DNA from: Macrostomum lignano
Lineage: Eukaryota
DNA: 64,000 nucleotides
Assembly: GCA_002269645.1 (NCBI GenBank)
Contig: NIVC01000637.1
Location: forward strand, 101,866-165,865
Direction of reading: 5' to 3'
A model generated the notes under the pieces. It did no database searches. It saw only the letters and a list, made by a program, of their open reading frames with translations, and was not told the DNA's origin. The position numbers and the translations under genes are program-made. Positions 57,727 to 64,000 of the stretch are shown here, one piece after another; position 1 is the stretch's first letter; each line of letters opens with the position of its first letter.

Positions 57727-57786
57727 GAGAGCTAGCCTAGATGTAAACACACAGGACTGCTAATGCAGCAACCTGGGTTCGAATCT
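57727..57786 (+). mobile_element. tRNA-derived SINE-like head, copy 3
   Basis: TAGCCTAGATG...GGACTGCTAATGC...GGTTCGAATC. Confidence 0.6.
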
Positions 57787-57889
57787 TATACATGTACATG
57801 TAGTAGTGTATAAAATAATAAAAGTAGCATAAATTTTTTATTGAAAGCTTTTATTAAAAAAACTAATTAAAAGACCTGGATTATGGTGC

Positions 57890-59385
57890 TAGATAAACCA
57901 AGGATTACTGCACTTGATAAACTAAGGATTATTGCACTTGATAAAACAATGATTACTGCGCTTGATAAACCAAGAAATATTGCACTTAATAAGCCAAGGA
58001 TTACTGCAGTTGTGTGAAAAACTAAAAATTATTGCACTTGATAAACCAAGGATTACTGCACTTGATAAACCAAGGATTACTGCTCTTGATAAACCAAGAA
58101 TTATTGCTCTTATTAAACCAAGGATTACTGCGCTTGAAAAGCCAAGGATTACTGCTCTTGATAAACCAATAATTATTGCTCTTATTAAACCAAGGATTAT
58201 TGCACTTGATAAGCCAAGGATTATTGCTCTTAATAAGCTAAGGATTATTGCACTTGGCAAACCAAGGATTACTGCGCTTGATAAACCAAGGATTATTGCT
58301 CTTTATAAGCTAAGGATTACTGCACTCAATAAACCAAGGATTATTGCTCTTAATAAGCTAAGGATTACTGCACTCGATAAACCAAGAATTATTGCTCTTA
58401 ATAAACCAAGGATTATTGCACTTGATAAGCCAAGAATTATTGCTTTTAATAAGCTACGGATTACTGCGCTTGATAAACCAAGGATTATTGCACTTGGCAA
58501 ACCAAGGAATACCACTTGATAAACCAAGAGTTATTGCTCTTAATAAACCAAGAATTATTGCACTTGATAAGCCAAGAATTATTGCTCTTAATAAACCAAG
58601 GATTACTGTGCTTGATAAACCAAGGATTATTGCTCTTTATAAGCCAAGGATTACTGCGCTTGATAAACCAAGAATTATTGCTCTTAATAAACCAAGGATT
58701 ATTGCGCTTGATAAGCCAAGTATTACTGCACTTGATAAACCAAGGATATTGCTCTTAATAAGCTAAGGATTACTGCACTTGATAAACCAAGGATTATTGC
58801 TCTTAATAAGCCAAGGATTATTCCTCTTAATAAACCAAGGATTATTGCACTCGATAAGCCAAGAATTATTGCTCTTAATAGGCCAAGGATTATTGCACTT
58901 GGCAAACCAAGGATTACTGCACTTGATAAACCAAGGATTATTGCTCTTAATAGGCCAAGGATTATTGCACTTGGCAAACCAAGGATTACTGCACTTGATA
59001 AACCAAGGATTATTGCTCTTGATAACCCAAGGATTACTGCGCTTGATAAACCAAGGATTATTGCTCTTAATAAGCTAAGGATTACTGCGCTTGATAAGCC
59101 AAGGATTATTGCACTCAATAAACCAAGGATTATTGCTCTTAATAGGCCAAGGATTATTGCGCTTGATAAGCCTAGGATTACTACACTTGATAAACCAAGG
59201 ACTATTTCTCTTAATAAGCCAAAGATTATTGCTCTTAATAGGCCAAGGAATATAGCACTTGGCAAACCAAGGATTACTGCACTCGATAAACCAAGGATTA
59301 CTGCACTTGATAAACCAAGGATTACTGCACTTGATAAACCAAAGATTACTGCACTTGATAAACCAAGGATTACTGCACTTGATAA
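57890..59385 (+). repeat. 24-bp satellite (GATAAACCAAGGATTACTGCACTT)n, about 60 copies
   Basis: Direct reading; the ITALDKPR-type ORFs are artefacts. Confidence 0.96.
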
Positions 59386-59399
59386 GCTTGGCTACATGT

Positions 59400-59720
59400 G
59401 TGGGATTCTTTCTATCCAGGGATGCTTGCTATTTAGGGATTCTGGCTATCTGCAGGATGCTTGCTATCTGGGTGGATGCTTCTACAATATCTGGGGGTGC
59501 TTGCTATGTGCAGGATGCTTGCTATCTAGGTGGATTCTTGCTATCTGGGTGGATGCTTGCTATCTGGGTAGATGCTTGCTACCTAGGTGGATGCTTGCTA
59601 TCTGGGTGGATGCTTGCTACCTGGGTGGATGCTTGCTATCTGGGTGGATGCTTGCTATCTGGGTGGATGCTTCTACAATATTTGGGAGATGCTTGCTATC
59701 TGCAGTTGTTTACTTTTGGA
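59400..59720. repeat. 19-bp degenerate repeat (TGGGTGGATGCTTGCTATC)n
   Basis: Direct reading. Confidence 0.88.
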
Positions 59721-60067
59721 GGGGGGTGCTTGCTATCTGGAGGGATGCTTGCTGTCTTGGGAATATTTTCTATTTAGGTGGAATGTCTGTTATCTTTATG
59801 AAAGCTATATTCTGTTGTCTGTTTGTTAATTTTAGAAAAAAAGATTCATAGCAAATATCATTGTCCATGACAATTTTACATTAATAAGGTGATTTTTTAA
59901 AGTGAAAAGGAATTGGTGTTTAAGAAAATGTGTTTTTTTATTTTTTTCCATGAACTATTTTTGCTCCTTGCTTATTGGGCGCCCCAAAGGGGGGCCGCAC
60001 TAGATTGCTAGTTATCAACTAATATTTTGTCAACTAGATATATGGTAACTTAGCAAATTGATTATAG

Positions 60068-61206
60068 TAGGGGTTCCGATGAGGTTTGTGAAATATGTCC
60101 CAAAACACGAAAAACGTGAAAATGTGTCCTACGTAGAATGAAGAAAAAAGGTACTAAATTACGAAATAAAGACAAACTGAAATATACAACAGAAACTAGA
60201 CAAATTATACTTTCCAAAATGTGTTGAACCTTCTTATAGTATGACATAAGAAAAAAGTTATACGTGTCGAAAGTTACCACAAAAAGCGTCACAAATACGA
60301 AATGAAGCCAATCGTAAAAATGAGGGTTCATATGGCCAATTGAAATATCACCTTAAAGCGTGCTAGGAATAACAAATTAAATGAAAGGAATGAATAAAGG
60401 ATATAGTAAAGCACAAATTTTGCAATAAAAAATGAAAAAAAATTTCTAAGGCCCTTTACTGTCAGTTGAAAATTTTCAACATGTTTTTCTTTGTGTCGTC
60501 ATGAAAGGCCGCATTTTAAACAATTCAATTTGATATGCGGGTAACGTTTGCTCCATTTTGCCAAAAAGAGGCATCTCGAATGACTTGCCACAAGGCAGCT
60601 AAGCCTCTGTTCCTTTATACATGTAAACTGCCATTAAGAAGACAATAAAGTTGATGTCTGTCTTCATAGATGCGGAGACGAGGAAATTAAACATGTTTAA
60701 TATGCAGATTTCCATGCTGAATGACATGGTATAAGTCCCATTGCATAAAAGTTTGCCGCAAGGTCAATATTTAAGTTAACCTGCCAAAAAATGTACGTCT
60801 ACTTGTAGTAGATAAATGGTAAATTTGCAGATTTGTTTCGTTTTTTTTTTTTTTTTTTCGATCAATATGATGTCTTTAATGAAACTGAATGCAAAGAGGG
60901 CATGTATAAGAAATATAAAAAATGCAAAAAATGACACCCAACATATTAAAATTGGATAAGGGACAAAAAAGTTATAAATAAAAGTATATGAAATATTGTA
61001 CTTTTTGTGAAAAAAGGTCACAGGCCGTAATGCAAAAATGCCATAAGGAATTACAAAATTTTTACAACTAAAAATGCTATAACTTTTTTATTCCTTGACA
61101 GAAATTAACAAGTGAGGCCATTTTGGATTTTGGTTGCAGAGATCTACTTAGCTGCCCAAAAATATCCAAGAATAAAAAATGTTTCAAAACCTCACTGGAA
61201 CCCCTA
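60068..61206. mobile_element. Non-autonomous hAT-like TIR element, 1.14 kb
   Basis: TAGGGGTTCCGATGAGGTTT...AAACCTCACTGGAACCCCTA, flanked by ATTATAG on both sides; absent from duplication copy 1. Confidence 0.8.
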
Positions 61207-62429
61207 ATTATAGCCATAGGCCTAGTTGCATAGCAAAAGTAGAAATTTAATATTAAATTTTTAAAACATGTGACACATATTTCTTTGTCCTTAAAAATAA
61301 TGTTTTCTATTTTTGAAGTAATCTTACAATAATAGCCTTAATGCTAAGGCTAATGTCCATCTCTCCATTTAGGCCCTATTTCAATTTTAAAACTGCACAT
61401 GTTTTAAATAATGTTATATAACACTTGTTAATATTAATAGCTAATAGGGCCTATATGGCCTATATATACTAAACAAATAATTTTGGCTTGAAGAAAATTC
61501 CAATTGACAAAATGCCAGTTGAAAAATGTCTGGTTAGGCCCTTAACAAGATTAGGCCATGACTTAATTAAAATAAAGTTGCTTATTAGTTGTTACAAGAA
61601 TAAATGTTAAGGCCTTTTGATTAAAAAAATAATGCTAAGATGCCAAATACTAGGGCCTACTAAAAAGGTTTTGATTTTGATACTGATGCTAATAAAAGAA
61701 GATGCTAGGCCTAATGACAATGTCTTAGGCTAGAATGCTAGCCTTCAGTTTTATTTAGGTTTAGCTTCAGCCTTTAGGCTGATGCTTTTTGCTTTAATAT
61801 CCTTATCTTAGACTTAGGTTAGATAAGGTTGCAGCCTAATATTTGGGAAGCTAACAAATGAGTCATGAGTGAGAACTTGAGAAGCTAGGCTACCTAGGGC
61901 CTACCAGCCTATGTAAATCACTCATTGTAAAAATAAAGTTGATTCATGGTGGTAAATGCAAATTCATTATCTATGCTGAACTTTCCAAAGTAACTGCACA
62001 CGAACAGCTACAGTTTAAATTGAGCTTGGAAGTTCATTGCAATTGAAGTTCACTAGACTGAGAGTTCAACTACCAGAAAGTAAATTCTGCAGGAGCGAAA
62101 TAGATAAATGACCACATGAGAGCTTAAAAATTACTTTGATGTCAATCGTCGAATAATAAAAGTATGGCAGTTCAGCTGAGTTAGTAACAGTCAATATGCC
62201 TAAGTCCAGGCTAGCTAAAACAGACAGGTGAAGAAAAAAAGAAAAGCCAGATGAAAAGAAATAAAGAATTTCCGGATTTATACACGAATATCGTGAACGT
62301 AATATCAGGATGTTCTCTGACAATTCACGAAATGCACAATGAGTTAAGTATTCACTGTTAAGTTTGTCTCTCACGACAGCCAAGGCCCACAGGCCCAACT
62401 CTCGCTATCGCCTTGCAATTCTGCAAAGT

Positions 62430-63420
62430 GGCAGCACTACCTACGTGCGCTACTGAGAGCTACGAAAGAAATTAAGGCTTCCGAGAGAAGAGGCTCGAGA
62501 CTTAATAAGGTTAAGCTTAAGTGCCTAAATCGGGAAGCAGAAAGCCATCTAATTCACTTGTATCGAAGCTCTTCGCAGCTGTTCGTCGCTAAGGACTTCC
62601 ACACGAAATTACCATGGACAATTCGGACCTCAGTTTTTGTCGACTGAGTTCACAGACTTCCTCAGCTCGCTGATCGACATCAAGGTCGCCACTCCGTTCT
62701 ACTGCCACAGCAGAATGACGGAGTCGAGAGGTTTAACGAATTCATCAAGACCTCATTAAATGTGCGCACTTCTCGCCTACGGCCTGCAGGGAAAATCTAA
62801 ATATAAAGCTCGTTAGTTAATAAGGTTCTTATCTCGGCCCAAACCGGTGAAGCAGGTATGGTTCAGGAAGCTGCTTCTAGAGTATCGGTCATCCGAGCAC
62901 ACGCTGACCAAGAAGTTGCCGGCTGATGCTATGACGGAAGCTCCGCCTGCCTCTTGATTGTCTTTGACCAGCAAGCACCGAGTCAACGACGGACCAGGAG
63001 CTGCGGCGCAGCGTCCCAGAGCGACAGCAGCATAGAAGGCCAAGAGCCGTCGCCGGATGCGCCAGCATGCAGAACCAGCCGCTGATCAAGGACGCAGCGC
63101 TGACTGTCGGGAGCCGCGTCCGCATCCGCGCCGTCGGCCGAGGCGTGGAAAGCTCAGCAGCGGCGTCTCGAGCAACAAACAGTCGTCAGTCGTGAGGGCA
63201 ACACAATCACTCTGACGGATGGCAGCCGCTGGCACATCAGCCGCTGCATCCTGGATGACCACCGCGCGCGGCTGGGGTGACGGGGCCGATGACACAGCTA
63301 GAGGCTGGCCGCAACAGCTGGACGACGGGCAACTAGAGACGGCGCCGCCAACGCCACTGAGTTGCACCGCTCTGAGACTTCGCGCACCGCCTCAGTGGTT
63401 TGGCAACGTTTGTGATCCCC
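62430..63420 (+). mobile_element. Degenerate Gypsy integrase fragment (second copy)
   Basis: Paralogous to 48050-48960. Confidence 0.82.
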
Positions 63421-64000
63421 ATAATGACGACTGACCTGACTAAACTCACTGAGCCTTGGATCCTGGGCTCCATGGGCAAGGGGGCTTCTGAGGATGAGGA
63501 GGCCCAAAGTATGCAACTATAGCTCTCCCCTATCAGTATGGAGAAAGCTGAGACAAAAAGACTCTGAGATCAAAGCCTTACATTTTCGCCTTCCTCATTG
63601 TTGTGCATAAATAAATTGCCTACGATTGTACTTAAGATGCTTTATCAAGGGTTTTGAAATCACGGAAGCCAAAAGTTAAGGCCTTTAAAGTATGAGTAAA
63701 TATGTACATGACTGTGTATAAATACAGCTCATCATGCTAATGGGCAAAGGCATTACATGCACTTTTGCAACATGCTTGCATGCTTATATTAAATCTGGCT
63801 TCAAAAAAGCTTGCAACAATCAGTGAAACCCAGCCATACCGCGCGGTACACGTACTTAAAGTTGGATATCAATTATTCCAAAAGTACCACACTAGATTCA
63901 GATGTACTTTAGTGTACATGTACACCAAAACTAAAGTACGTACATTTTTCGCATAAGCCAGCAGCTTTCAAAATGCCCCAGAAGGTAGAAGTGCATATCC

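Larger units (their letters stand above)
60012..64000 (+). repeat. Segmental duplication, copy 2 (runs off the window)
   Basis: Colinear with 46258-49600; lacks 47387-48049 and carries an extra TIR element. Confidence 0.92.

Noticed and set aside
57922-59851. Leucine-rich-repeat-like ORFs (ITALDKPR, LLLINQG)
   Set aside because: Translations of the 24-bp and 19-bp satellites in several frames and on both strands.

Overview
Eukaryotic (animal) genomic DNA with GC-rich spliced exons and introns filled with unrelated minisatellites. This style resembles the flatworm Macrostomum, which is my inference and was not checked. Genes: a tandem cluster of three F-type (fucose-binding) lectin genes, two with an N-terminal PAN/apple-like exon (1.7-9.4 kb); an 8-exon minus-strand locus encoding an unknown N-terminal region, a RING finger, a ubiquitin-like domain and a TerD-like domain, with a single in-frame TGA just before the RING (10.2-21.4 kb); a KCTD/BTB gene; a disrupted CNPase-like 2H phosphodiesterase with a signal peptide; coronin; an intronless H3.3-like histone; and a 57-aa Lys/Ala-rich basic ORF. 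The rest is DNA-transposon remnants and MITEs (Tc1, DD41D-like, MULE-like, P/THAP, several 8-bp-TSD MITEs), Gypsy integrase and Penelope fragments, tRNA-derived SINEs, many satellites, and a direct segmental duplication (46.3-49.6 kb vs 60.0-64.0 kb). All exon structures and domain calls were made by eye from splice signals, phase matching and remembered family motifs; no database search was run.
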